Source of the DNA: an uncultured Vicinamibacteraceae bacterium
Lineage (GTDB): Bacteria; Acidobacteriota; Vicinamibacteria; Vicinamibacterales; Vicinamibacteraceae
Direction of reading: 5' to 3'
Assembly: GCA_964388335.1 (NCBI GenBank)
Contig: CAYMAG010000013.1
Span: forward strand, 22,735-78,978
DNA: 56,244 nt
Within the stretch, counting starts at the first letter, position 1; every line of letters starts with the position of its first letter. Of the stretch, positions 34,266 to 43,539 are shown piece after piece. Position numbers and translations under genes: made by a program. The notes beneath the pieces were generated by a model. It did no database searches, was not told where the DNA came from, and worked only from the letters and a program-made list of their open reading frames with translations.

Positions 34266-35645
34266 ATGCCAGTGCGCTACGACGCCATCGTGATCGGGAC
34301 CGGCCAGGCCGGGCCCTCGCTTGCCGCACGTCTCGCGAAGGACGGTCGGCGAACAGCCGTGCTCGAGCGCAGCCGCTTCGGCGGCACCTGCGTGAACACG
34401 GGCTGCATCCCGACGAAGACACTCGTCGCGAGTGCGCGTGCGATCCACGTCGCGCGTCGTGGCGACGAGTTCGGCTTCACCACCGGGGGCGACGTGCGGG
34501 TGGACATGGCGCGGGTCAAGGCCCGCAAGGACGCCGTGGTCCGCCAGTCGAACGAAGGCGTCGAGCGGTCGCTGAAGCAGACGTCGAACATCACCGTCTT
34601 CGAGGGGCACGGGCGGTTCACGGGCCCCCACACCGTCGAAGTCAATGACGAGGTGCTCGAGGCCGAGCAAGTCTTCATCAACGTCGGGGCCCGCGCCGCC
34701 GTGCCCGACATGCCGGGTATCCGGGACGTACCGTTCCTCACCAACAGCCGCATCCTCGAGCTGGACGTCGCGCCTGACCACCTCGTCGTGGTCGGCGGGA
34801 GCTACATCGGCCTCGAGTTCGCGCAGATGTTCCGTCGCTTCGGCAGCAGCGTGACAGTCGTGGAGCAGGGCTCTCGCCTCATCGCGCGCGAAGACGAGGA
34901 CGTGTCGGCGACCCTCCAGGAGATTCTCGAGGCTGAGGGCGTCGCCTTCCGGCTGAACGCGACCTGCATCGGGCTGAGCCGTACCCCGCTCGGGATCGGC
35001 GTCGGGATGGATTGCGCGGAGGGGGAGCCGTCCATCGAAGGCACGCACGTCCTGCTGGCGGTCGGCCGCCGGCCCAATACCGACGACCTCGGGCTCGCAG
35101 CGGCCGGCATCGCCACCGATGCGCGTGGCCACATCACGGTCGATGAGCAGTGCCGCACCAACGTGCCTGGTGTCTGGGCGCTCGGCGAGTGCAACGGCCG
35201 CGGCGCGTTCACCCACACGTCCTACAACGACTTCGAGATCGTGGCCGCCAACCTCCTGGACGACGACCCGCGACGGCTGAGCGATCGCATCCCGTGCTAC
35301 GCCCTCTACACCGACCCGCCGGTCGGCCGCGTGGGGATGACGCTGCGCGAGGCGCGCGCCTCGGGCCGGCGCGTGCTCGTCGGCCATCGGCCGATGACCA
35401 AGGTCAGCCGGGCACGTGAGATGAGCGAAACCCACGGCTTCATGCGCGCCCTCGTCGACGCCGACTCGCGCGAGATTCTTGGCGCCGTCATCTTCGGTGC
35501 CGGGGGCGACGAAGTCGTGCACGCAGTGCTGGACGTCATGTACGCCAAGGCCCCGTACACCACCATCTCGCGGGCCGTGCACATCCACCCGACCATCAGC
35601 GAGTTGATTCCGACTATGCTGCAGGACCTGCGTCCGCTCGAGTGA
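34266..35645 (+). CDS. class I pyridine nucleotide-disulfide oxidoreductase (dihydrolipoamide dehydrogenase/mercuric-reductase-core-like)
   Basis: YDAIVIGTGQAG (FAD), redox-active GGTCVNTGCIPTK, second Rossmann VVVGGSYIGLEF, and C-terminal HIHPTISE His-Glu dyad. Start uncertain (ATG 34266 vs 34196). Confidence 0.75.
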   Translation: MPVRYDAIVIGTGQAGPSLAARLAKDGRRTAVLERSRFGGTCVNTGCIPTKTLVASARAIHVARRGDEFGFTTGGDVRVDMARVKARKDAVVRQSNEGVERSLKQTSNITVFEGHGRFTGPHTVEVNDEVLEAEQVFINVGARAAVPDMPGIRDVPFLTNSRILELDVAPDHLVVVGGSYIGLEFAQMFRRFGSSVTVVEQGSRLIAREDEDVSATLQEILEAEGVAFRLNATCIGLSRTPLGIGVGMDCAEGEPSIEGTHVLLAVGRRPNTDDLGLAAAGIATDARGHITVDEQCRTNVPGVWALGECNGRGAFTHTSYNDFEIVAANLLDDDPRRLSDRIPCYALYTDPPVGRVGMTLREARASGRRVLVGHRPMTKVSRAREMSETHGFMRALVDADSREILGAVIFGAGGDEVVHAVLDVMYAKAPYTTISRAVHIHPTISELIPTMLQDLRPLE

Positions 35646-35733
35646 TCACCTCGAGTGATCACCTCGTCCGCCGCGCGGCAGTCTGGTGGTTGTCCCCGAT
35701 CGGCGTTCAGCTGCACGCCGCCGGATGTCGATG

Positions 35734-37284
35734 TCAGCGGCGCCAGCGCAGCAGTGTCTCGAAGAGGCCCTTCACGCGCGGGGTCAAGCGCGTGCGAGTG
35801 TAGGCGTCGCCGGCCTTCCTGAAGATCTCGGCCTGAGTCGGATACGGGTGGATCGTCGCGGCCAGCACGCTGAGGCCGACGCCGGCCTTCATCGCCAGCG
35901 TGATCTCCGAGATCATCTCACCGGCATGCCGTGCCACGAGCGTCGCGCCCAGGATTGTGTCCGTGCCCTTCCGCGCGTGGATCTCGAGGAAGCCCTCCGT
36001 CTCGCCATCGAGGAGGGCGCGATCGCCCTTCGCCTGCTCGAGCGTGTACGTGTCGATGGCCACGCCCTTCGCCTCGGCGTCCTTCGGATAGAGACCCACG
36101 TGCGCGACCTCGGGGTCGGTATAGGTGCACCACGGGATCGTCAGCGCGCTGGCGCGCTTGCGCCCGAAGAAGAGCGCATTCTGGATGACGATGCGCGCGA
36201 GGGCGTCGGCGGCATGGGTGAACCTGAAGCGGGACGCAACGTCGCCGGCGGCGTAGATGTGTGACGCGCTGGTCTGCAGGAAGTCGTTCACGGTGACGCC
36301 GGTGCGGTCGAAGGCGACGCCCGCCGCCTCGAGGCCGAGGCCGTGGACGTTCGGCGCGCGTCCCGCGCTGACGAGGATGGCGTCCACTTCGACGTCGTAG
36401 CGCATTCCGTGGGAGTCGACGCGTAAGCGCTTGCCGTCATTCCCGCACGCGACCTGCATGTGCTGGCCGCAGCACATGACGTGGACGCCGTCGCGCACGA
36501 GCGCGGCGCGCACGATCTCGGCGGCCGCCGGATCCTCGTTCGGCAGGACGCCATGCATGGCCTCGAACACGTGGACGTCGCTGCCGAACCGCGCGAACGC
36601 CTGCGCCAGCTCGCAGCCGATCGGACCCGCGCCGATGACCGCCAGTCGGCGGGGCAGCGCGGTGAGACTGAACACCGTCTCGTTGGTGAGATACCCTGCG
36701 TCGGCTAGGCCAGGGATGGGCGGCGCGCTCGCCCGCGCGCCCGTCGCGATACACGCGCGCGCGAACGTCAACGTCTGGCCGCCGACCTCGACCGTCGTCG
36801 GACTGGTGAACCTGGCTTCGCCCAGGTACACATCCACGCCGAGGCCGCGGAAGCGCTCGGCCGAGTCGTGTGGACTGATGGTGCCCCGCAGCCTCCGCAT
36901 GCGGGCCATGACCTGCGGGAAGTCCACGTCCACGCCGGCCGGTACCTGCACGCCGAACGCGCCCGCCCCTCGGACGTCGGCGACTGCCCGCGCGGCACGG
37001 ATGAGGGCCTTCGACGGGACGCAGCCCACATTCAGGCAATCACCGCCCAGCAGGTCGCGCTCCACCAGCGCGACCCTGGCGCCAAGACCCGCCGCGCCCG
37101 CCGCCGAGACCAGCCCGGCCGTGCCCCCGCCGATCACCACCAGGTTGTAGCGCCCGTCGGGTGTTGGATTGGTCCAGTCCGACGGGTGGGTATGTTCGAG
37201 CCACTGGCGGTTCACCTCGTCGAGCGGCTGGGCCTGCGGCAGGCCGGCAGCGTGCCAGTTGTTGCCATCGAACGTCGCGGTCAT
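35734..37284 (-). CDS. class I pyridine nucleotide-disulfide oxidoreductase paralog with ~45 aa N-terminal extension
   Basis: YNLVVIGGGTAG, GGDCLNVGCVPSK, LAVIGAGPIGCELA and IHPYPTQAE. Convergent with the paralog at 34266-35645. Confidence 0.8.
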   Translation of the reverse strand: MTATFDGNNWHAAGLPQAQPLDEVNRQWLEHTHPSDWTNPTPDGRYNLVVIGGGTAGLVSAAGAAGLGARVALVERDLLGGDCLNVGCVPSKALIRAARAVADVRGAGAFGVQVPAGVDVDFPQVMARMRRLRGTISPHDSAERFRGLGVDVYLGEARFTSPTTVEVGGQTLTFARACIATGARASAPPIPGLADAGYLTNETVFSLTALPRRLAVIGAGPIGCELAQAFARFGSDVHVFEAMHGVLPNEDPAAAEIVRAALVRDGVHVMCCGQHMQVACGNDGKRLRVDSHGMRYDVEVDAILVSAGRAPNVHGLGLEAAGVAFDRTGVTVNDFLQTSASHIYAAGDVASRFRFTHAADALARIVIQNALFFGRKRASALTIPWCTYTDPEVAHVGLYPKDAEAKGVAIDTYTLEQAKGDRALLDGETEGFLEIHARKGTDTILGATLVARHAGEMISEITLAMKAGVGLSVLAATIHPYPTQAEIFRKAGDAYTRTRLTPRVKGLFETLLRWRR

Positions 37285-37440
37285 CGGGTCTCTCTCTCGG
37301 GGTGCTGCTGCCGGTTGTTCAGGCGCCCATCGTAGTCGAGCCAGCGCAGGGCTGGCGGAAACGAGGCGTCCGTGGCGCGCTCGACGTCCGGGGAGAACTG
37401 CGCGGCGTCGTGCAGGTCCGACGCGGCATGCCGCGTGAGG

Positions 37441-38400
37441 TCACTGCCGCCGCTCGAGAATCTCCTCGACCTGCGCGCGCGCGACCGGCAGATCGTCGAT
37501 GTTCTCGCGCAGCCACGCGGTGAAGTCGGCCTCGATGGCGTCGGTCCACCGTGTGTCGATTTGCCCCGCCGTATAGATGCCCGCGCGCAGACGCGCGTGG
37601 CCGAACGTGTCGCGCAGGCGCGTGAGTTCAGAGGCCTGCACCACCCGCTCGGCGAGCTGCGGCGGAATGAAGATGACCCCGCCGTTGCGGCCGAGCACTA
37701 CGTCTCCCGGCATGACGAACGCGCCGCCGATGCGGATCGGCACGTTGATGCCGATCATCGTCGAGTTCAGACGTGCGCCGGCCCTGGCGTTGCCGATGTG
37801 ATGCGACGGATCGTAGGAGCGGACGAACGACGTGAAGCCCTCGATGGCCTCGAGGCCGTTGATGTCGCGGATGGCGCCATCGTAGACGATGCCGTTGCCG
37901 CTCTTCGCGTAGATGGCATTGGCGACGTTGTCGCCCACCGATGCGCCGTTCTCCTTCAGGCCGAAGTGATCGGAGACGTAGACGTCGCGCGGCTGCAGCA
38001 TGTCCACGGGCCACGCGTTCGTGCCGCCGATGCGGCCCTGCTCGCGCCCCCTGGCTTCGATCACCTGGAGGATGTCGGGGCGTCCCGGCAGCCACTGCGA
38101 CGTGAGTGCGCGGCCGACGAGTACCTGGGTCGGATGAATCGACAGCCAGCCGTCGGCGTACTGGTGCGAGAAGCCGGCCTGCGTCACGACGGCCCACGCC
38201 TCCTCGAGCGTCACCGCGCTCATCCGGTCGAGTATCGCGTCGGGCACCCTGGGACGTCCGTCGGCGAAACGGTCGCCCGTCCAGTCCGGTGTGTACTCGA
38301 TGAGCTGCTCGCTGGTGAGGACGCCGGGCTGGGCGAAGGCTGCAGACGTGCACGCCAGCATCGCCAGCGTGAGCAGGGCCGTTCGGGTGGACGTGCGCAT
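37441..38400 (-). CDS. RraA-like/aldolase-fold family protein with Sec signal peptide (periplasmic?)
   Basis: Start MRTSTRTALLTLAMLACTSAAFAQ with a GAGGAGGAG RBS. ...GDNVANAIYAKSGNGIVYDGAIRDINGL... and GAFVMPGDVVLGRNGGVIFIPP resemble RraA/DlpA-family motifs. The family assignment is tentative. Confidence 0.5.
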   Translation of the reverse strand: MRTSTRTALLTLAMLACTSAAFAQPGVLTSEQLIEYTPDWTGDRFADGRPRVPDAILDRMSAVTLEEAWAVVTQAGFSHQYADGWLSIHPTQVLVGRALTSQWLPGRPDILQVIEARGREQGRIGGTNAWPVDMLQPRDVYVSDHFGLKENGASVGDNVANAIYAKSGNGIVYDGAIRDINGLEAIEGFTSFVRSYDPSHHIGNARAGARLNSTMIGINVPIRIGGAFVMPGDVVLGRNGGVIFIPPQLAERVVQASELTRLRDTFGHARLRAGIYTAGQIDTRWTDAIEADFTAWLRENIDDLPVARAQVEEILERRQ

Positions 38401-38466
38401 ACGCGTTCTCCTCCTCACGTCAGTTGAGATACTCTCCGAAGTCACCAGCATTGCACGAGAGAACCT

Positions 38467-39735
38467 ATGGACAAGCGGACTGCGGGTCGCCGTGAGTTTC
38501 TCGCCGCGCTGGCCGTCTCGGGCGCGGCCGCCTCGTCACCCCTTGCCGGCTTCGCCCAGGCCGTCGACAACGCCCCGAAGGCGTCGGCGCCGTCGGCCCT
38601 GCGGATCACCGAGGTCAAGTGCGGGTACGTGCGGGGCAGCCTGTTCGTCAAGATCCACACGAACCAGGGCATCTGGGGTTGCGGCGAGGGTGTCGACGCC
38701 ATCGGCGGCACCTATCATCTGGTGCAGTCGATCGGCCGGCGCATCAGCGGCCAGAGCCCGCTCAACGTCCATCGGCTCTTCGAGCAGCTGCGGAAGGGCG
38801 CCGTCTTCGGTGGAGGGCAGGCGGGTATGTTCGTGGCGGTGCTGAGCGCCGTGGAGACGGCGCTCTGGGACCTGGCCGGCAAGGCGCTGGGCGTGCCGGT
38901 GTACCAACTGCTCGGCGGCAAGTTCCGCGACAGGATTCGGGTCTACCTCGACACGGCGCTGTATCAGTCGAAGCAGCCCACCCCGGCGCAGTTCGCCGAT
39001 GCCGCCTCGAAGGCCGTTGCGGACGGGTACACCGCCATCAAGTTCGACCTCGATCAGGGCGCCGACCCCAACAAGTACGACGCGTTCAACTGGACCGCCA
39101 GTCCGGCCGAGGTGCAGCGCATGGTGGACCAGTTGACCGCCGCGCGCGAGGCCGTCGGCCCGAACGTGGACATCTGCGGCGACATGCACGCCCGCTACGA
39201 CTACCCCACGGCGCAACGCGTCGCCCAGCGCCTCGAGCCGTTGAACCTGATGTGGCTCGAGGAGCCTGTGCCGGCCGAGAACGTCGATGCCCTGAAGCGC
39301 GTGGCCGACGAGACGCGCACACCCATCTGCGCGGGCGAGAACGTCTACCTGGCGCACGGGTTCCGCCCGATGCTGGAGGCAGGCGCGGTCGACATCATCA
39401 TGCCCGACCTGCAGAAGGCCGGCGGCCTCGGCGAAGGCCAGCGGATCGCCAACCTCGCGGATCTGCACTACGTGCCGTTCGCCCCGCACATGGTCGCCTC
39501 GTATCTCGGAGCGATGGCGGCGTGCCACGTCTGCGCGGCGGTGCCGAACTTCATGATCCTCGAGTGGCAGACCTACTTCGACACGAACCCGCTGTACAAG
39601 GAGATCGTGACCTACGACGGGCCGCAGGTCGAGAAGGGCTTCATCACGGTGGCGGACGTCCCGGGCATCGGCGTGGAGATCAACGAGGAAGGCATGCGCC
39701 CGCACGCCGTGCCCGGTGTGCCGTTCTTCGCGTGA
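38467..39735 (+). CDS. enolase-superfamily enzyme (mandelate racemase/muconate lactonizing enzyme family) with TAT signal peptide
   Basis: MDKRTAGRREFLAALAVSGAAASSPLAGFAQA (twin-arginine). MR/MLE metal ligands context ...IKFDLDQG...MWLEEPV...GENVY... and AVDIIMPDLQKAGGL. Confidence 0.8.
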   Translation: MDKRTAGRREFLAALAVSGAAASSPLAGFAQAVDNAPKASAPSALRITEVKCGYVRGSLFVKIHTNQGIWGCGEGVDAIGGTYHLVQSIGRRISGQSPLNVHRLFEQLRKGAVFGGGQAGMFVAVLSAVETALWDLAGKALGVPVYQLLGGKFRDRIRVYLDTALYQSKQPTPAQFADAASKAVADGYTAIKFDLDQGADPNKYDAFNWTASPAEVQRMVDQLTAAREAVGPNVDICGDMHARYDYPTAQRVAQRLEPLNLMWLEEPVPAENVDALKRVADETRTPICAGENVYLAHGFRPMLEAGAVDIIMPDLQKAGGLGEGQRIANLADLHYVPFAPHMVASYLGAMAACHVCAAVPNFMILEWQTYFDTNPLYKEIVTYDGPQVEKGFITVADVPGIGVEINEEGMRPHAVPGVPFFA

Positions 39736-39807
39736 CCTGCCTGGTGTCGCGCCGAGCGTATTCCATCGACCTTGCGACAGGCATATCAGAACTGCTACTT
39801 TGGAAGC

Positions 39808-40011
39808 ATGAAGACCACCGTCGATATTCCTGAAGATGTGCTGGAGGATGCCATGCGTTTCGCGAAGGCGCGGACGAAGCGCCAGGCGATTGTGACGGCG
39901 GTGGAAGAGTTCAACGCCCGCCGACGCATGGCGGAGCTGGTGCGGCATGCGGGCACTTGTTCCGACCTGGTCACGACGGACGCCCTGCTGGCGGAACGGC
40001 GTCGGGGCTGA
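39808..40011 (+). CDS. vapB: VapB-type antitoxin (DUF2191-like)
   Basis: MKTTVDIPEDVLEDAMRFAKARTKRQAIVTAVEEFNARRR. GGAAG RBS. Its stop is 1 nt before the vapC start. Confidence 0.6.
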   Translation: MKTTVDIPEDVLEDAMRFAKARTKRQAIVTAVEEFNARRRMAELVRHAGTCSDLVTTDALLAERRRG

Positions 40012-40012
40012 C

Positions 40013-40429
40013 GTGATCCTGATCGACTCGTCGGCGTGGATCCATTTCCTGCGGCCCGACGGCGATGCGGACGTGCGCCAGCGCGTGCTGGTGGCGCTGC
40101 GTGCAGGTCTTGCGGCCTGGTGCCCGGTGGTGCGGTTGGAACTCTGGAACGGCGCCGGCGGGGAACGCGAGAAGGCGACGCTGCTCGACTTCGCGCGCGT
40201 GCTGCCGGAACTGCCCATCACCGCGGACGTCTGGGACCACGCGTGTGTGCTCGCACGCTCGTGTCGGAGTGCGGGCGTGAGCGTGCCGGCGACAGACCTG
40301 CTGATCGTCGCGTGCGCGCAGGTCCACGCTGCCGATGTCATCCACGCCGATGCCGACTTCGATCAGATCGTCGCACGCGATGCCGGGGAGGTCCCCCCGG
40401 CGCCCCGCCCACGGCGGGCGAAGCGATGA
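40013..40429 (+). CDS. vapC: VapC PIN-domain toxin
   Basis: GTG start. ILIDSSAWIHFL..., ...PVVRLEL..., DLLIVACAQVHAADVIHADADFDQI are the PIN acidic motifs. Confidence 0.7.
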   Translation: MILIDSSAWIHFLRPDGDADVRQRVLVALRAGLAAWCPVVRLELWNGAGGEREKATLLDFARVLPELPITADVWDHACVLARSCRSAGVSVPATDLLIVACAQVHAADVIHADADFDQIVARDAGEVPPAPRPRRAKR

Positions 40430-40441
40430 CCACCCGCCTGC

Positions 40442-41818
40442 TCACCAATCGCCGAGGATCTTGCCCGGGTTCATGATGCCGAGCGGGTCGAGCGCCTGCT
40501 TGATCGCGCGCATCACCGCGATGGCGCCGTCGCCGGCCTCCTCGCGCAGGAACGGAATCTTGTGCAACCCGATGCCGTGCTCGCCCGAGCACGTGCCGCC
40601 GAGGGCGAGTGCGCGGCGCACCAGCGTGCGATTCAGGTGCTCGGCGACGTCCCACTCGGACGCGCTGTCGGGGTCGATCAGGTAGCCGAAGTGGAAGTTA
40701 CCGTCGCCGACGTGCCCGAGCAGGTAGTAGGGCAGGCCCGAGGCGTCGGCCTCCGCAAGGGAGTCGAGCAGGCAGTCGGCCAGACGTGAGATCGGCACGC
40801 ACGTGTCGGTGGAGATGGCGCGGCGGCCGGGGTGCGCGGCGACGGCCGCGAAGTACGCGTGGTGCCTGGCCGTCCACAGGCGTGTTCGTTCTTCCGGCGT
40901 GCTGGCCCAGGCAAACGCCTCGCCGCCGTGATCCGAGGCCGCCTCCTGCGCGTGCCGCGCCTGATCGGCGACGTCGCCCGTCGAGCCATGGAACTCGAGG
41001 AAGAGCATCGGCTGTTCGGGCAGCGCGAGGCGCGAGTACGCGTTCACCATGCGCACCGTCTGCCCGTCGACCAGCTCGCAGCGCGCGATGGGCATGCCGA
41101 TCTGGATGATCTGCATCGCGGTCCGGACGGCCTCGGCGATGCCGGGGAACGAGCAGGTGGCCGCCGCGATCGATTCGGGCAGCGGGTGCAGGCGGAGCGT
41201 GGCTTCCGTGATGACGCCGAGGGTGCCCTCGCTGCCGATCAGGAGGCGCGTGAGGTCGTAGCCGGCACTGCTCTTCTTCGCGCGCGTGCCGGTGCGGATG
41301 ATCTCGCCGGCCGCCGTCACGACCTCGAGCGCCAGGACGTTCTCGCGCATGGTGCCGTAGCGCACCGCGTTGGTGCCGCTGGCGCGCGTGGCGCACATGC
41401 CGCCGATCGTCGCGTCGGCGCCGGGATCGACCGGGAAGAAGAGGCCGGTGCCTTCCAGCGCTCTGCCGACGGCCGATCGCGTGACGCCCGGCTGCACGGT
41501 GATGGTCATGTCGTCTGGATGCGCGGCGACGATACGTGCCATCCGGCTGAGGTCGAGGCTGATGCCCCCGCGCACGGCGAGCAGGTGGCCCTCGAGCGAC
41601 GATCCTGCGCCATAGGGGATCACCGGGTAGCGCCAGGCCGCCGCGAGCCGGACCGCGTCGCGAACATCCTCGGTCGACTCGGCGAAGACGACGGCGGCCG
41701 GTGGTGGAACGCGCGTGAAGGCCGACTCGTCGCGGCCGTGCTGGTCGCACACGGACGCCGATGTCGAGCAGCGCGCCCCGAAGCGTCCGGCGAGCGCGTC
41801 GAGCAGGTCGCGCGGCAT
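40442..41818 (-). CDS. FAD-linked oxidase (GlcD/D-lactate dehydrogenase family)
   Basis: VVFAESTEDVRDAVRLAAAWRYPVIPYGAGSSLEGH (FAD_binding_4) and the C-terminal FAD-oxidase_C region ...GHVGDGNFHF...GGTCSGEHGIGLHK. Start taken at the internal ATG 41818 (MPRDLLDAL...). 41869 is possible. Confidence 0.75.
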   Translation of the reverse strand: MPRDLLDALAGRFGARCSTSASVCDQHGRDESAFTRVPPPAAVVFAESTEDVRDAVRLAAAWRYPVIPYGAGSSLEGHLLAVRGGISLDLSRMARIVAAHPDDMTITVQPGVTRSAVGRALEGTGLFFPVDPGADATIGGMCATRASGTNAVRYGTMRENVLALEVVTAAGEIIRTGTRAKKSSAGYDLTRLLIGSEGTLGVITEATLRLHPLPESIAAATCSFPGIAEAVRTAMQIIQIGMPIARCELVDGQTVRMVNAYSRLALPEQPMLFLEFHGSTGDVADQARHAQEAASDHGGEAFAWASTPEERTRLWTARHHAYFAAVAAHPGRRAISTDTCVPISRLADCLLDSLAEADASGLPYYLLGHVGDGNFHFGYLIDPDSASEWDVAEHLNRTLVRRALALGGTCSGEHGIGLHKIPFLREEAGDGAIAVMRAIKQALDPLGIMNPGKILGDW

Positions 41819-41973
41819 CGGCTGGACGTCAATGGCGGCGTGCGGAATGGACGGGTGGCCGGGCGGCACCGGCTCACGATACCGCAGGCGCCCTGTCGCG
41901 CGCTGCGGTCGATCGCACGGGTCGTCGTGCGACTACCTCACAAGGGCTTCGCTCGAGGTCCTGGGAGGTACGT

Positions 41974-42387
41974 GTGCACGTGACGTTGTGGATTCTGCAG
42001 GTGGTCGTGGCTCTGGTCTTCCTCGCGCACGGCGTGATGTTCCTGGCGCCGTCGCCGGACATCGCGGTGCTGATGGACGCGATGTTGCCGCGGTGGTTCC
42101 AGGTCTTCCTCGGAGTGGCAGAGGTGCTCGCCGCCATCGGGCTGACGCTGCCTGGCATCACGCGCATCAAGCCCGGCCTGGTGGCGGCTGCCGCTGTCGG
42201 CGTGATGATCGTGCTCGTGTCGGCGACGCTGCTGCACCTCGTCCGCGCCGAGTACAGCTCGGCCGCGATCACGTTCGTGCTGCTGGCGCTGGCCGGCGTC
42301 GTGGCCTGGGGTCGGTGGCGTTGGCGGCCCATCACGCCTCGGCGCGGGACGTCGTTCGAACGGCTGACATCCCGGCGCGGCGCGTGA
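41974..42387 (+). CDS. DoxX-family membrane protein
   Basis: GTG start after a GGGAGG RBS. Four hydrophobic helices: VTLWILQVVVALVFLAHGVMFL... Confidence 0.6.
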   Translation: MHVTLWILQVVVALVFLAHGVMFLAPSPDIAVLMDAMLPRWFQVFLGVAEVLAAIGLTLPGITRIKPGLVAAAAVGVMIVLVSATLLHLVRAEYSSAAITFVLLALAGVVAWGRWRWRPITPRRGTSFERLTSRRGA

Positions 42388-42428
42388 GTCGGCCCGGACC
42401 CGCTCTGCCAGTGGGGCCTATGCCTGGC

Positions 42429-43508
42429 CTATGCCGCCGGGCGTACGGTGCCCGTGTCGGCCGACGAGCACCCTGGGACATCCGCCAGGCTCTGGCGGTA
42501 GCCTCGCGACTGCAGTGTCGTCACGAGGGCGACGATCCGCGGGTCGTCCAGGAGCGTCTCGGCCACACAGAGTTCGTAGGCTTCGTCCTGCAGATGGATG
42601 AAGCGCAGGTGCGCCTCCGCTGCGACGGACCGGACGCAGATGCCGGCCTCCGCCCAGCCACTCGCGACCGTGGCGGCCACGGCGCGATGGTCGTGGACGA
42701 CGTGGTCGTATCCGGTGGGATGCCGGCGCGTCGCCAGCAGCGTGTCGAATGTGTGGCGCGCAGCGGACCCTTCCTCGCGGTTCACCCACCGGGCCCCGGC
42801 CCGCAGCAGCGCGGTCGGCGTGCGCTCCCGACGCGAGCCGACCACGGCGATGCCCGCTTCCCACCGTACCTGGTGGAGAAGCCGGTAACCCCGGCCGAGC
42901 ACCCGGCGCACCACTGCCGCATTGGTCGACCGGCCCCGTACATCCGTCACGTGCAGGCCCGCGACGTGCACCAGTCCCAGCCGCAGGAGGTCGAGGGCCT
43001 GCGCGCTCGAGCGCAGCAGGGGCAGCACGCGGACGCCGTGCTCGTGTGTCAACGGCTGGGCCAACAGGCCGACGAGGGGATCGCACCCGGCCATCACCAA
43101 CGTCCTGTCAGCCGCGAACTCCCCGCGGGCGTGAAGGCACGCTCCGTCGAACCACGCGTCGTGCGGCATCACGCCGGCCGCCGTCGGCTCGACCTGATAC
43201 GCGACGACGCCGCGACCGACCCTCGCGCGCCAGACGCGTCCGTCCCCTGCGGCCGGTGCCCACGCCCATGCCACGGGTGGTGTGGCGTCGACCGACGCGA
43301 AGGCCGTCTCGACGCTCTGGCCGAGGGCCGCGGCGATGCGCAGCGCCGCCGAGACCGAGGGCACGAGTCTGCCGGTTTCGATCGCACTGATCTCGGTGCG
43401 CGAGACCTCGGCGCGGTCGGCCAGCTGTTGCTGCGACCAGCCGCGGTCGCGCCGAAGCCGGGCGAGGTGGGACAGCGCTGGCGTGATGGGGTGGGGCAGC
43501 GCAGGCAT
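42429..43508 (-). CDS. XRE-family HTH regulator fused to a periplasmic-binding-protein-like domain (putative molybdate-responsive regulator, ModE analog)
   Basis: Start MPALPHPITPALSHLARLRRDRGWSQQQLADRAEVSRTEISAIETGR (HTH_XRE), followed by a ~280 aa PBP-like domain. Divergent from modA with only 31 bp between start codons. Confidence 0.6.
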   Translation of the reverse strand: MPALPHPITPALSHLARLRRDRGWSQQQLADRAEVSRTEISAIETGRLVPSVSAALRIAAALGQSVETAFASVDATPPVAWAWAPAAGDGRVWRARVGRGVVAYQVEPTAAGVMPHDAWFDGACLHARGEFAADRTLVMAGCDPLVGLLAQPLTHEHGVRVLPLLRSSAQALDLLRLGLVHVAGLHVTDVRGRSTNAAVVRRVLGRGYRLLHQVRWEAGIAVVGSRRERTPTALLRAGARWVNREEGSAARHTFDTLLATRRHPTGYDHVVHDHRAVAATVASGWAEAGICVRSVAAEAHLRFIHLQDEAYELCVAETLLDDPRIVALVTTLQSRGYRQSLADVPGCSSADTGTVRPAA

Positions 43509-43539
43509 GATACTGTCGGCAGCGAGACACCATCGTAGC

